DNA of 64,000 nucleotides from Candidatus Latescibacterota bacterium (GTDB lineage: Bacteria > Latescibacterota > CBDEFO01). Shown piece after piece: positions 20,525-30,288 of the stretch (the stretch's first letter is position 1; every line of letters begins with the position of its first letter). Both the position numbers and the translations under genes were made by a program. The DNA lies in NCBI GenBank assembly GCA_965237525.1, contig CBDEFO010000003.1:96001-160000 (forward strand), in the 5' to 3' direction. The notes below the pieces were generated by a model. That model saw only the letters and a program-made list of their open reading frames with translations, was not told where the DNA came from and searched no databases.

Positions 20525-21628
20525 TCAATCGTTATTGGCTCCCCTTAATATCCACTCCTTTATCACATCTATTTGCTCCTGGGGCAGGGGTGGCTCACCG
20601 GAAAAGAAAGGCGGCATCTGGTCTCCCACGATTCCGTTCCTGCCTTCCAACTTCCAGATCATATAGCTGTTCTCAGGGTCGCCCGGATCTACTCTCGGGA
20701 TTCCTATCGAACTGTCGACCCCGACCAAATTATCGAAGGACTCGCCCTCCTCAAGGGTGAAAGGCCCTGTCCCTCCTGGGACGTGGCAATTTATACATAT
20801 TGCGCTAAATACATTTTCCTGAATAGCTGACAGCGTGGGCGGGAAGGGTCCGGACATCTGGACGCTGACCATGATATTGACCACCACACTCGACTCGTCG
20901 CTGTCATTGCTTATAATCTCTACCGCACCCTCAGCTGAGGTGGCTTGGAGGAGGGATGTGTTGATCAGCAGCTTAAGGAACACTGACCCACCCGGTGGCA
21001 CTGTTTCATCAGATAGCGCCAGGGGGGTGATCCAGTCGACAGTTGAGACCAGACTGCTCAACGCCAGATCGGCGCTTCCCAGGTTCTGGATAGTCACAGT
21101 AAGAGTGTCCGACTCTCCCTCCACTATCTCTGCGCTGAGATCAAGGGGGGTAACATTTATCTCCGGCAGCGGCATCTCTGTGACGGTCAGGACGATTGCG
21201 ATTGTCTCAGATGGACTCTCTGCGTCGTCGCTCAGGATCGTAAGCGTCCCCTCTGATGAGCCAAGAGGGATATCGGTTGCATCAATCCTAATGAGGATCT
21301 CCAGCGACTCGTCTTGGCCCAGAGCTTTGGAGGCCACAAGCGTCGTGGCCCACGGCACGTCCGAGCTGACACTCAAGACAGTCAGCGGAAACCCTCCCAC
21401 GTTTGTGACCGTCACCGAGACTGTGTCGACCGTTTCCTGAGTCAGCGAAAGGCTGACCTGCCCAGGCGCCACCTGGATCTGAGGCGGACCGAGGGGATTC
21501 CCCTGCGGATCCAAAGTGCTGCCGTCTCCGGCGCAGGACAGAACAGAAATAGCGAACCCCAACAAAAGACATAAAATCCAAACTACCCTATTTTCCGCCT
21601 TGATAGTCCCCGTCCTTCGTCTTCTCAT
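20525..21628 (-). CDS. Putative lipoprotein with two Ig-like repeats and a C-terminal monoheme cytochrome c domain
   Basis: Lipobox-like VLSC; two repeats of about 100 aa (PQIQVAP...VTNVG / PEINVTP...IQNLG); CINCH, PGDPENSYM and QMPP...IKEWI motifs. Confidence 0.72.
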   Translation of the reverse strand: MRRRRTGTIKAENRVVWILCLLLGFAISVLSCAGDGSTLDPQGNPLGPPQIQVAPGQVSLSLTQETVDTVSVTVTNVGGFPLTVLSVSSDVPWATTLVASKALGQDESLEILIRIDATDIPLGSSEGTLTILSDDAESPSETIAIVLTVTEMPLPEINVTPLDLSAEIVEGESDTLTVTIQNLGSADLALSSLVSTVDWITPLALSDETVPPGGSVFLKLLINTSLLQATSAEGAVEIISNDSDESSVVVNIMVSVQMSGPFPPTLSAIQENVFSAICINCHVPGGTGPFTLEEGESFDNLVGVDSSIGIPRVDPGDPENSYMIWKLEGRNGIVGDQMPPFFSGEPPLPQEQIDVIKEWILRGANND

Positions 21629-22556
21629 TATCCTCCCAGAACAGCTTGTAAAAGAATCCCTTTTTCTCTGTAAGAGACTGAACGTAGTGAACCAAAGACC
21701 ACTTCCTACTCACCTCTATAGCGGTCTTCTCCTCATCTGACATAGTGTCCCTTTCCTGCCTTGTAATCAGACTCTTTATGTAATCCTTAACCCCTTTGAT
21801 TTCATCATCAGAGTAATAACCCTCAAAGGTCACAAGGTCCTGATAGCTTTCTCTCGTAAAGAGAAAACTCCTGGCGTAGGAGGGCATGGGAGTTCCGCTC
21901 AAGCCCGTATTAAACACCCTGTAGATGTCCTTATTCGCCCGACCGCCTTTGTACTCTCCCTTTGTAAAATCATAAGCCTCTATCGGATTTCCCCAGCTGT
22001 CTTTGAGATTATCGGAAGAGGGGCCATCGCCTTTTCCCCTCTTGCCGTGACATTTCCAGCACTGCATGAGCATGTATATCTTTTCACCCTGGGCTATCGT
22101 CTCCTGGGTGACCGGCATCTCCTGTGGTATATCTATCGGCGCTTTAGGCCTTCTTTTTTCAAACTTACTTGAAAAGGTCTTGATGTACTGAATTACAAAC
22201 ATCCGCTCGTCCTCCGAGAGAATATCTCCCCAGGCGGGCATGGAAGTACCCGGAATTCCCCTGGATATAGTCCTGAATATATCCTCATCTGCAGGAAGAG
22301 ATCCCGATGGCGTAGAGCGGAACTTGTAAGCCCCCTTGGTAAAGTCTCTCGGCTTGGGATCAAGATACTTCGCAGCGGGTCCACTTCCGTTCCCGCTCTG
22401 GCTGTGACACGCTGCGCACGCCTTATTGTATATCCTCTCTCCCCTGAGGGCTGAGACGCTCCATTCCTTGCTTGATTGGCTGTCAGAGGAAAAGGCGCAG
22501 CCAGGAACGCAGAGCCACAAGACGTTGACAGTCCAGAAAATAGGAATTGACCTCAT
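21588..22556 (-). CDS. Diheme c-type cytochrome
   Basis: CAACH...KPRDFTKG...GTSMPAW and CWKCH...GTPMPSY, indicating two His/Met hemes; N-terminal signal-like segment. Confidence 0.85.
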   Translation of the reverse strand: MRSIPIFWTVNVLWLCVPGCAFSSDSQSSKEWSVSALRGERIYNKACAACHSQSGNGSGPAAKYLDPKPRDFTKGAYKFRSTPSGSLPADEDIFRTISRGIPGTSMPAWGDILSEDERMFVIQYIKTFSSKFEKRRPKAPIDIPQEMPVTQETIAQGEKIYMLMQCWKCHGKRGKGDGPSSDNLKDSWGNPIEAYDFTKGEYKGGRANKDIYRVFNTGLSGTPMPSYARSFLFTRESYQDLVTFEGYYSDDEIKGVKDYIKSLITRQERDTMSDEEKTAIEVSRKWSLVHYVQSLTEKKGFFYKLFWEDNEKTKDGDYQGGK

Positions 22557-22653
22557 TCTTAGCTCCCGTAATCATCCTTCTCAAATAAAAAGCGACAGAT
22601 GCTGTAACCCATCGCCTGAAGGTCTACTCTTTCGCCCCCTCGATAACACAAGC

Positions 22654-22682
22654 AATTTAATACATAAAATATCAAATGTCAA
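22654..22682 (-). promoter_or_regulatory. Putative sigma70 promoter for the cytochrome-porin operon
   Basis: Minus strand TTGACA-17 bp-TAAATT. Confidence 0.55.
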
Positions 22683-22734
22683 GGAAGATTTGACGCACAT
22701 ATAGATAGCCCTACGCATAAGCTTAAGTTTATAG

Positions 22735-22763
22735 TTGACAATCATCTTTTGCTGTTTTATCTT
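22735..22763 (+). promoter_or_regulatory. Putative sigma70 promoter for amrB-amrA
   Basis: TTGACA-17 bp-TATCTT. Confidence 0.55.
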
Positions 22764-22848
22764 TCGTGATGAGTAGAACCTTGGCTATAGGCACTGCAAA
22801 TCGCAGATTAAACTATTTTATGCGATAACCCTAAAGAAGGTGATAAGA

Positions 22849-23697
22849 ATGAAAGTATCAAAAGATAAAATCAGGAGGCCTGCAGTTGCGGGTCAGTTCT
22901 ACTCTGGCGACCCTGAGGTCCTAAAAAGAGAGGTTGTGGAACTTTTAGAGCACGCCGATGACGCCGATGTCAAGGGACAAATCACTGCCCTTATGTGTCC
23001 ACACGCGGGATACCCCTACTCAGGCAGGATAGCCGCATCAGCCTACAAACAGATCCAGGGACAGGACATAGACACAGTCGTAGTCACAGCGCCAAGCCAC
23101 AGGGATGTCTTCCAGGGGGCCTCCATCTACAACGGAGGAGCCTACCAGACCCCATTGGGGACTATTCCTGTGGATGTGGAACTTGCTTGTGCCATGGCCC
23201 AGCAAGATCCTGACATATTCCGTCTCGGAGACGACGGGCACAAGGATGAACACTCCTTAGAAGTTCAACTTCCCTTTTTGCAGGAAACCCTAAAAAACTT
23301 CAGGATCGTCCCCATAGTCCTTTGCGAGCTTTCTCTTGATCTTGTAAAACGCCTCGCCGACGCTGTTGCCTCCGCTATAAAGGGCAGGAAACTCCTCATC
23401 GTCGCAAGCTCTGACCTCTATCACGGTTACTCATATAAAGAGTGCTTACGATCCGATTCTAAGACCCTCTCCAAGATCGAAGAGTTCGACCCTGAGGGCT
23501 TTTTTGAAGGAATCCAGAAAGAGGACTACCAGGCCTGTGGAGCAGGGCCTATAACCACAGCCCTTTTAACCTCCCGGAAGATAGGAGCTGACAAGGCCCA
23601 AATAATCGCAAGGACTAACTCCAATGACGTGACGGGTCAAAGGTTCGGATACGTCGTTGGCTACGGGGCCTCTGTCATCTATAAGTCCGATCTGTAA
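22849..23697 (+). CDS. amrB: AmmeMemoRadiSam system protein B (MEMO1 family)
   Basis: IRRPAVAGQFY, PHAGYPYSG, EHSLEVQLPFLQ, ASSDLYH, CGAGP and VVGY motifs. Confidence 0.9.
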   Translation: MKVSKDKIRRPAVAGQFYSGDPEVLKREVVELLEHADDADVKGQITALMCPHAGYPYSGRIAASAYKQIQGQDIDTVVVTAPSHRDVFQGASIYNGGAYQTPLGTIPVDVELACAMAQQDPDIFRLGDDGHKDEHSLEVQLPFLQETLKNFRIVPIVLCELSLDLVKRLADAVASAIKGRKLLIVASSDLYHGYSYKECLRSDSKTLSKIEEFDPEGFFEGIQKEDYQACGAGPITTALLTSRKIGADKAQIIARTNSNDVTGQRFGYVVGYGASVIYKSDL

Positions 23698-23718
23698 GCG
23701 AAAACCGGTGGAAAGAAA

Positions 23719-24264
23719 ATGGGATTTTCCGAAGATGAGAAGGAAAAACTCCTCAAAATCGCCAGAACCACTGTAGAGCAGGTCGCAAAGGGGAAAGGAA
23801 TCCCTGACTTTGAAGTCGAATCGGAGGCGCTGAAAAAGGAGTGCGGCGCCTTCGTCAGCATCCACAAGGGCAAAGACTTAAGAGGATGCGTAGGCTTCAT
23901 ACGCGCCTGTGATCCCCTGTACATCACAGTCCGAAACGCCGCCGAAGCCGCAGCGGCACGAGACCACAGATTCTCCCCCCTAAAAAAGGGAGAACTTGGC
24001 AGAATAAAACTCGAAATCTCCGTCCTCTCTCCCCTAAAGAAGATAGAAAATGTAGACGAGATCCAAGTCGGAAGAGACGGGATAGTGATAAGAAAAGGAG
24101 TAAACCAGGGGCTTCTTCTTCCTCAAGTTGCGACTGAGTTCGACTGGGATCGCACGACGTTCCTCGAACACACGTGCCTTAAAGCCAATCTCCCGAAAGA
24201 TTCCTGGAAAGACCCCGAAGCAGAAATATGGATCTTTTCAGCCGATGTATTTCAAGAGGAGTAG
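23719..24264 (+). CDS. amrA: AmmeMemoRadiSam system protein A (AMMECR1 family)
   Basis: GAFVS, LRGCVG, DHRF, EISVLS and GLLLPQVA motifs. Confidence 0.92.
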   Translation: MGFSEDEKEKLLKIARTTVEQVAKGKGIPDFEVESEALKKECGAFVSIHKGKDLRGCVGFIRACDPLYITVRNAAEAAAARDHRFSPLKKGELGRIKLEISVLSPLKKIENVDEIQVGRDGIVIRKGVNQGLLLPQVATEFDWDRTTFLEHTCLKANLPKDSWKDPEAEIWIFSADVFQEE

Positions 24265-24300
24265 CATACATAAAGTATTCAGCAGACATCAAAAAAGGAC

Positions 24301-24385
24301 ATTGTTTCGGTGCTTTGCCCCTCGCAATGACTAGGGGGCCCCAAGCCAAACAATGTCATTGTGATCCCCAACTTAATCGGGGGCC
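24301..24385. repeat. Family-B repeat with a family-A element at its right end
   Basis: ctcgcaatgac...aagccaaacaatgtcattg followed by tgatccccaacttaatcggggg; lies between convergent genes. Confidence 0.7.
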
Positions 24386-24392
24386 TGTCTAC

Positions 24393-25814
24393 TTAAAATT
24401 TATAGCTTCCGGAGAAGAATAACCTCCTTGTCTCCTCGTCCCGGTCGACTTCAGATCTTATCTGTCTGAAGACTGCACGCGACCACGCAAAGTCCAACTG
24501 AAGCGACTGATCTATCAGGACTCCTGCTCCTAATGTGATAAAGTCCCGGTCGTCCTTTATATCGACAGGAAGCTCTCCGAGCACGGTCAAGGTCGGACCT
24601 ACGAAAGATAGCGGGTCTCTGTAGAATCCTCCCCGCAGTTTGACCTCAACTAAAGGAAGTGAATATTCGGCTCCTATGTGGAATCTGGTGACTCCTTTGT
24701 ACTGCTTATCGAAGTCAGCTTTTCCGTCCCCATCTATGTCCTCTACAAAGGAGATCTCTTCACGGAACTCATCCTGGAAGGTAAAGATAGGGTCCTCTTT
24801 GAACTCGGTCTCATCCCAGGATGCGAAGCTCATATCGGCGCTTAGAATGAAGCTCGGAAAGGACAGCGAACCTCCAATTCCGAACTCGAAGGGGATACGG
24901 ATTTTATACTCTCCTAAAAAGGGCGTAGGGTCCCTGAAATCTATGGTTACGCTGTCTGGTTCTTCCTCGAACCAAAGGGTATCCGCAAATTCACTCCGAC
25001 CTTCCACCTTTATCTTATAGGTAACGGGGCTGGAAACGGCAGCTCCAAGGCGAAAATGTTTCCCTCCTTTAATAAGTATCCCCAGCCTGGCGTTGAATCC
25101 GCTGTATTCATCGGATCGGGATATTGCGTTAAAGAGACCGATTATGTCTGGATTGGTGTCAGGGTCATTGACGAATGATTTGGCGGAAATATCGGCTATT
25201 TGTGAAAATTCGTCGCCGCCGTCCCATATATTCAGGGCTAGTCCCAAAGAGACAGACGGCGAAATGTCCGTCGCGCCTGCTATGGAAAAGACCCCCAATC
25301 CTCCTTCATCTCTTTGCTGGACATCGTTCTCATATTCAAATATGGTGTCATCCACACCTTTATATCGGATCTTCGAATCGAAATCTTTGATCCTGTTATA
25401 GCCTATAGCGAAGACCAGGCTCCCCTGATATACGGGGACAGGATAGACAAACCCCAAAGACCCGAGGGGCGTGTTGGAGATGTCATCCGATCTTTTGGTC
25501 CCAAAGAAGGTCGTTTCCGTTTCGTGTCTGGCTTGGATGATAGCGCCATAGATTTCGGCTCTTTTTATCTGAGCCAATCCGGCGGGGTTCCAGTAGGTGG
25601 CGGAAAAGTCATCTGCGACTCCGATATAGGCTCCTCCCATCCCCATAGCCCTCGCCCCCACACCCGAGAAATTGTCTATAGACACCTCCTGTCCCGACGC
25701 ACTTCCTGAAGCTAAAAAGAATATAACCGCCAAGAGAGTTCTGATCCCGGACCCCCGATTTAATCGGCGCTTTACTCGGGGGCAGGGTTGATCAATAGAA
25801 CGATCCATCTCCAT
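24393..25814 (-). CDS. OmpP1/FadL-like outer-membrane beta-barrel
   Basis: GARAMGMGGAYIGVADDFSATYWNPAGLA hatch motif; C-terminal YKF. The start is uncertain because a repeat lies in the 5' end. Confidence 0.8.
   Translation of the reverse strand: MEMDRSIDQPCPRVKRRLNRGSGIRTLLAVIFFLASGSASGQEVSIDNFSGVGARAMGMGGAYIGVADDFSATYWNPAGLAQIKRAEIYGAIIQARHETETTFFGTKRSDDISNTPLGSLGFVYPVPVYQGSLVFAIGYNRIKDFDSKIRYKGVDDTIFEYENDVQQRDEGGLGVFSIAGATDISPSVSLGLALNIWDGGDEFSQIADISAKSFVNDPDTNPDIIGLFNAISRSDEYSGFNARLGILIKGGKHFRLGAAVSSPVTYKIKVEGRSEFADTLWFEEEPDSVTIDFRDPTPFLGEYKIRIPFEFGIGGSLSFPSFILSADMSFASWDETEFKEDPIFTFQDEFREEISFVEDIDGDGKADFDKQYKGVTRFHIGAEYSLPLVEVKLRGGFYRDPLSFVGPTLTVLGELPVDIKDDRDFITLGAGVLIDQSLQLDFAWSRAVFRQIRSEVDRDEETRRLFFSGSYKF
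25742..25794. repeat. Extended family-A element in the 5' end of the FadL-like gene
   Basis: tgatcccggacccccgatttaatcggcgctttactcgggggcagggttgatca. Confidence 0.75.
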
Positions 25815-25915
25815 TCCTTTCTATCCGTTGGTAGCTCAGACGACTTCGTGTGCTTATCGCTTTCTTGCCACATCCTGCCTCCTGCAGAAGAGGGATAGCA
25901 GCAATGCACGGAGTG

Positions 25916-25953
25916 CCCTGCCCCTGATTGAATCTATTGGGAGTCAGGGATCA
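25916..25953. repeat. Extended family-A element
   Basis: ccctgcccctgattgaatctattgggagtcagggatca. Confidence 0.75.
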
Positions 25954-26100
25954 ATATGTTTGCAAGTCGTCTGTTTGCCTTATTTTATGAACTAATGGAA
26001 GCCTTAAGTTAGACTAATCAGGCCTCGTTTGGTTTCTGAACTTTTTGAAGTGCATAGAACACAAGTACTTGAAATCGTCCCGCGATGGCAACGAGGAACT

Positions 26101-26592
26101 CTACTCTTTACCGTCTCTATGTATAATACTATGTATAATATGCTCTGTCACCTCAGGGATCGAATTGAGGGATTCTTGCAGGAATGTCGGGCATAGTGGG
26201 ATCTTGTCAAGTTCGGAAGGTTGAAACCACTTAAAGATCAGTACCACTCCTTCTTCATCTCCTGGAAACGGTTCATCTGTCATATACAGATGGGGATCGT
26301 CTGGAAAGGTCATCAATAAATAGAACCCTAACTCGTGATTGGATTTGCCGTCATGTTCAAAGAAGTTTTGACAACCCAGACCAATCTCTCAACCTGGATC
26401 TCAACACCGAGTTCCTCTCGCATCTCCCTTCTCAGTGCATCTCTTGCGGGCTCCAGTAGCTCACATCTCCCTCCCAGCAGGCACCCAGGAGTCATCTATT
26501 CTTGTTCAGTGAAGCAGAACTCGACCGCCATTCAGGACGATCCCGGCTACTCGATAAGTGAACTTTATTTTATCTTTTTCAAATCTGATCAT
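26101..26592 (-). pseudogene. NUDIX hydrolase pseudogene
   Basis: MIRFEKDKIKFTYRVAGIVLNGGRVLLH* then a frameshift, GGRCELLEPARDALRREMREELG (Nudix box), a second frameshift, and NFFEHDGKSNHELGFYLLMTFP... Confidence 0.82.
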
Positions 26593-26624
26593 TTTCCTGG
26601 AGCACGATTTCATTTACCATCTAC

Positions 26625-27359
26625 CTATCGCGAGGCCACCACCACACCGACCGGCTTTATATTGTCAACCACCACTTCCACAGTCACCGCCTTGGGGGAC
26701 TGCACAGCCAAAAAGACAGCCGCATGGGCTATATCTTCAGGGTCCATCCACTTGGACCAATCCTCATCGGGGAAACCGGCTTTGGACATCTCAGTCGCCA
26801 CCACTGCCGGACAGATCACGTTGACTTTTATATCAAACTCTTTGACCTCCTCAGATAGGGAATGTGTAAATCCTACAACGGCGAACTTGGAGGCACAGTA
26901 CGCCGTCCGCTTCGGGAAACCTATTTTTCCAGCCAAAGACGAGATGTTAATTATATGTCCGCTCTTCTGCTCCATCATAGCCTCTATCACAGCCTTTGAG
27001 CAGAGAAACGTCCCTCGTACATTCACAGCCATAGTTTTGTCCCACTGACTGACTGTAGTGTCCTTGAGGGTCTCCCTGAAGATCGCTCCAGCGCTGTTTA
27101 CAAGGACGTCAATCCTGCCGAAGACATCCCTCGTCCTTTCGACCATACCGTAAACGTCGCTTTCTTCCGACACATCGGCTGTCAACGGGAGTGCCTCGAC
27201 TCCTAATGACTGCGCTTCCACTGCCACCTTCTCTATTTCTGACTCGGTCCTTGCCACAGGGACAATATTTGCACCTTCTCTGGCAAAAGCCAAGGCTATG
27301 GCTCTCCCGATTCCCCTTCCTCCTCCCGTTATAATAGCTGTTTTGTCTTTCATCTGCAT
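26625..27359 (-). CDS. Short-chain dehydrogenase/reductase
   Basis: TGGGRGIG, NSAG and YCASK motifs; start MQMKDKT. The upstream in-frame extension is repeat-derived. Confidence 0.9.
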   Translation of the reverse strand: MQMKDKTAIITGGGRGIGRAIALAFAREGANIVPVARTESEIEKVAVEAQSLGVEALPLTADVSEESDVYGMVERTRDVFGRIDVLVNSAGAIFRETLKDTTVSQWDKTMAVNVRGTFLCSKAVIEAMMEQKSGHIINISSLAGKIGFPKRTAYCASKFAVVGFTHSLSEEVKEFDIKVNVICPAVVATEMSKAGFPDEDWSKWMDPEDIAHAAVFLAVQSPKAVTVEVVVDNIKPVGVVVASR

Positions 27360-27386
27360 GTGATATCTCCCCACAAAGGCAGTAGA

Positions 27387-27468
27387 CCCTCGATTGAATC
27401 TATCGGGCGTACACAGGGCACCGCCTCCCATCCCTTGAGTCCCCGATTGAATCTATCGGGGACTCAAG
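27387..27468. repeat. Two family-A copies
   Basis: ccctcgattgaatctatcggg (27387-27407) and cttgagtccccgat-tgaatct-atcggggactcaag (27434-27468, 14-bp perfect arms). Confidence 0.88.
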
Positions 27469-27604
27469 CCGGGTGTCCCTCGCAACGACGTTAAAGAATA
27501 AGCAACGCCATTACGAGCCGAAGCCCAGAGCGAAGCGAAGGGTCAGCGAAGTGATCTCGGAAGGAGGAAGATGTGCTCCCCGTATGCTATCTATTGTTTG
27601 GTGT

Positions 27605-28621
27605 CTACTTAATCTTGACCTCTTTTCCCATCTTAGATGAGCGATAAATCCCGTCGAGCATCCGCATCAGCATAATCCCCTGCTCGGCTGACGGCATAGG
27701 TTCTTTACCCTTGGTGACGCAATCTATAAAGTGCTCAATCTCCAAGGCAAATGGGTTTAAGTCCTTCACATTGGGAGTGATGTCCATCAAAGTGCCCTTC
27801 CGCTCTGTGTATATCACAAGCGGGTCTAACTGCGCTCCACCTTTGGTTCCAGCGATAGTATTAAACGATCCGCTTTCATAGTTGACCGCCCAGGTAGCCT
27901 CTACATAGAGCGTGGCGCCATTCTCGAACTTAATGAGTCCAAACGCCGAATCGTCCACGTCAAATTTGACCTTCTTGGGGAGGGTATTTCCGAACTCTGA
28001 ATAGACCGATCCCGACACAGATACTGGCCTGGGATTTCCCATCATATACCATGCCCTGTCGAGCGCATGAACCCCGATGTCAATCAGTGCTCCCCCTCCC
28101 GCTCTCAACTTGTCCAGAAACCAGCCTCCTGAACCTAAGGGGATATCTCTCCTTCTGACATAACCTGGCCTGGCGAAATATATCTTGCCTAAATCTCCCG
28201 ACTCCACAAAATCCTTGACTATCTGGACGTCGGGCCTGAAGCGCTGCATCAGGGCATACATGAGGATCTTGCCGTTTCCCAATGCCACATCTGCCATCTT
28301 TTGTGCCTCTCTGGCGTTCAGTGCGGGAGGCTTTTCACATAAAACGTGCTTGCTGGCTTTCAGGGCGTCAATAGTAACCGGGCTGTGGAGGTAGTTCGGA
28401 AGGCAGACGCTCACAGCATCGATCTTCTCATTTCTCAACAGATCCTCGTGGTCGCTATAAGCTTCCTTCACATCATTTTCCGAAGCTATCCGTTGGGCAA
28501 GCACTGCGTCAATATCGCACAGCGCCTCCACCTTAACTTTCTTTATAGCCTTATAGTGCCTCAGGTGTTCTTGTCCAAGCCAACCTAAACCTATGACCCC
28601 TATCCCCACCTTCCGGGGCAT
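27605..28621 (-). CDS. Gfo/Idh/MocA-family oxidoreductase
   Basis: GVIGLGWLG, HVLCEKP and GGGALIDIGVH motifs. Confidence 0.92.
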   Translation of the reverse strand: MPRKVGIGVIGLGWLGQEHLRHYKAIKKVKVEALCDIDAVLAQRIASENDVKEAYSDHEDLLRNEKIDAVSVCLPNYLHSPVTIDALKASKHVLCEKPPALNAREAQKMADVALGNGKILMYALMQRFRPDVQIVKDFVESGDLGKIYFARPGYVRRRDIPLGSGGWFLDKLRAGGGALIDIGVHALDRAWYMMGNPRPVSVSGSVYSEFGNTLPKKVKFDVDDSAFGLIKFENGATLYVEATWAVNYESGSFNTIAGTKGGAQLDPLVIYTERKGTLMDITPNVKDLNPFALEIEHFIDCVTKGKEPMPSAEQGIMLMRMLDGIYRSSKMGKEVKIK

Positions 28622-28751
28622 TTTCAAGTCCTCCGCAGCATACGTAGCTACATCGCGATAAAATAAGCGACTCGGCACCATCGGAATAGAAGACGGAGTC
28701 TATCTGAACACAATAAGCACGCATCACAGATCGCTCGGCAGAAGAAGCAGT

Positions 28752-28901
28752 TCAGGCACATACACCCTCCAGCTCTTTTGGGCTCCGAGCAGCCAGCTCC
28801 AACTTCGCCTCTTCTTCTGCAACAGTTAAGGCGATAGCTTTGCCTACACCGATCCTGCTTCCCACGATAATCGCAGTTTTTCCTTCTGGCAGCTTGCCCA
28901 A
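28752..28901 (-). pseudogene. SDR N-terminal fragment (pseudogene)
   Basis: LGKLPEGKTAIIVGSRIGVGKAIALTVAEEEAKLELAARSPKELEGVCA*: a degenerate Rossmann motif resembling the neighbouring SDR. Confidence 0.7.
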
Positions 28902-29184
28902 ACGACATGCTTTCCTATCATAACTCTACATTGCTATTTACGTCCAAACGATACATGGGCCAATATAGCCAAGATCGATTTCAAAGTCAACCCCCGATTC
29001 AATCCATTTGGAGGAGAAGTTTCTCACAATTGAGTATAGCGTTCATAGAGCTGTGTTTCCCCTTGCGTATTCTGTTGCAATGTCCTATTTTATCTTACAT
29101 CGGATCAAATGAGCACAAAAGGTACCATAGAGAAAAAGATAGCTTGAAACTTGTCCTCACGAAAGTGGGGAACGGAGGGAGATA

Positions 29185-29394
29185 ATGGCGAACGATACAA
29201 CTTATGAAGATTTGGCTGTGCAGAGGGAACAGGCCGTTCAGATCGTCCTTGTCTCCATAAACAACGGAGCGCTATCTATCGGCTCGTTTCCCAAGGGACA
29301 CCAAGCCAGACGCAATGAGATATGCAGATACATCGAGGCTATAGCTAAATCAGCGTACGAATCGGTCAGGAACATGAGGCCGGAGGGTGAATAG
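29185..29394 (+). CDS. Small hypothetical protein
   Basis: 69 aa with a strong GGAGGGAG RBS; no recognisable motif. Confidence 0.45.
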   Translation: MANDTTYEDLAVQREQAVQIVLVSINNGALSIGSFPKGHQARRNEICRYIEAIAKSAYESVRNMRPEGE

Positions 29395-29434
29395 CCTTAA
29401 AGCTGAGTTCAGCAAGTGCAAGGACACGTTAGCA

Positions 29435-30109
29435 TTAACCCGGTCTCAAGACACACCTAAACCCTATAGTATCGAGCCAGAAGGCAGGATTAAGACTGTG
29501 ACGGTGATAGCACAGACAGTCGTCCTTGTAGCTTCCCCACGAGCTGCCCCTTAAGATATAGACGCCAGTTCCCGGCTCCTCTTCGCTTGAAGTCCATTCC
29601 AGAACATTTCCGATCATATCGTAACATCCGTACGGGCTAACGCCTTCTGGAAACTGATCTACTGGAGTAGTATCCCCTGTTCCACGCTCCCAGGTGTTGC
29701 ACTTGTACATGTCAAATTCATCACCCCAGGGATAAGTCCTTCCATCAGTTCCGCGCGCTGCCTTTTCCCATTCCTCCTCAGTGGGAAGTTCTTTGCCAGC
29801 CCAATCGGCGTAAGCCGAGGCGTCCTCCCATCTGATGTGCGTGACCGGATGATTTTCCCTTTGGCTTGGATATGCCCCCCCTTCCCAATTGTCAGGCGCA
29901 GGGTGCCCGGTGAAGTCAACGAATTTCCTATACTTCAGGTTTATCACGGGATACTTATCTACATAAAAAACGCATTCTATATTTAACCCCTTCTTATCCT
30001 TGCCATAGAAGAACGCTCCCGAAGAAACCAAGACCATCTCCGCCTCATCTACAGAGGAAAATATCCTTTCAGGAGTCTCTTTTTCGCGGGACATCCTGTA
30101 ATCCTTCAT
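29435..30109 (-). CDS. Formylglycine-generating enzyme (SUMF1/FGE-sulfatase) domain protein
   Basis: HPVTHIRWEDA, LPTEEEWEKAARG, YDMIGNVLEW and IGFRC motifs. Confidence 0.88.
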   Translation of the reverse strand: MKDYRMSREKETPERIFSSVDEAEMVLVSSGAFFYGKDKKGLNIECVFYVDKYPVINLKYRKFVDFTGHPAPDNWEGGAYPSQRENHPVTHIRWEDASAYADWAGKELPTEEEWEKAARGTDGRTYPWGDEFDMYKCNTWERGTGDTTPVDQFPEGVSPYGCYDMIGNVLEWTSSEEEPGTGVYILRGSSWGSYKDDCLCYHRHSLNPAFWLDTIGFRCVLRPG

Positions 30110-30288
30110 CTTAATCTAACAATCCGCTCTTCTTCTCAATCTTGCTCTACTGGCAGATGATTGCAAATAACCGAACCTAAAGGAAAATCTCCAGGATATC
30201 GAAGTGGTGTCAAATCTGTGCGGGATCGAGATTGATCTGATGCAGTAGCGCGGGAGGAATTGAAAAGGGATAGAGGCTAGGTAGCCCC

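Noticed and set aside
26335..27048. 237-aa plus-strand ORF
   Set aside because: It is an antisense shadow of the SDR and NUDIX pseudogene, Ser/Thr-rich, with no motif.
28672..28680. tcggcacca matching the tRNA-Leu 3' end as an att site
   Set aside because: Only 9 bp and inverted relative to the tRNA, whereas att sites are direct repeats.
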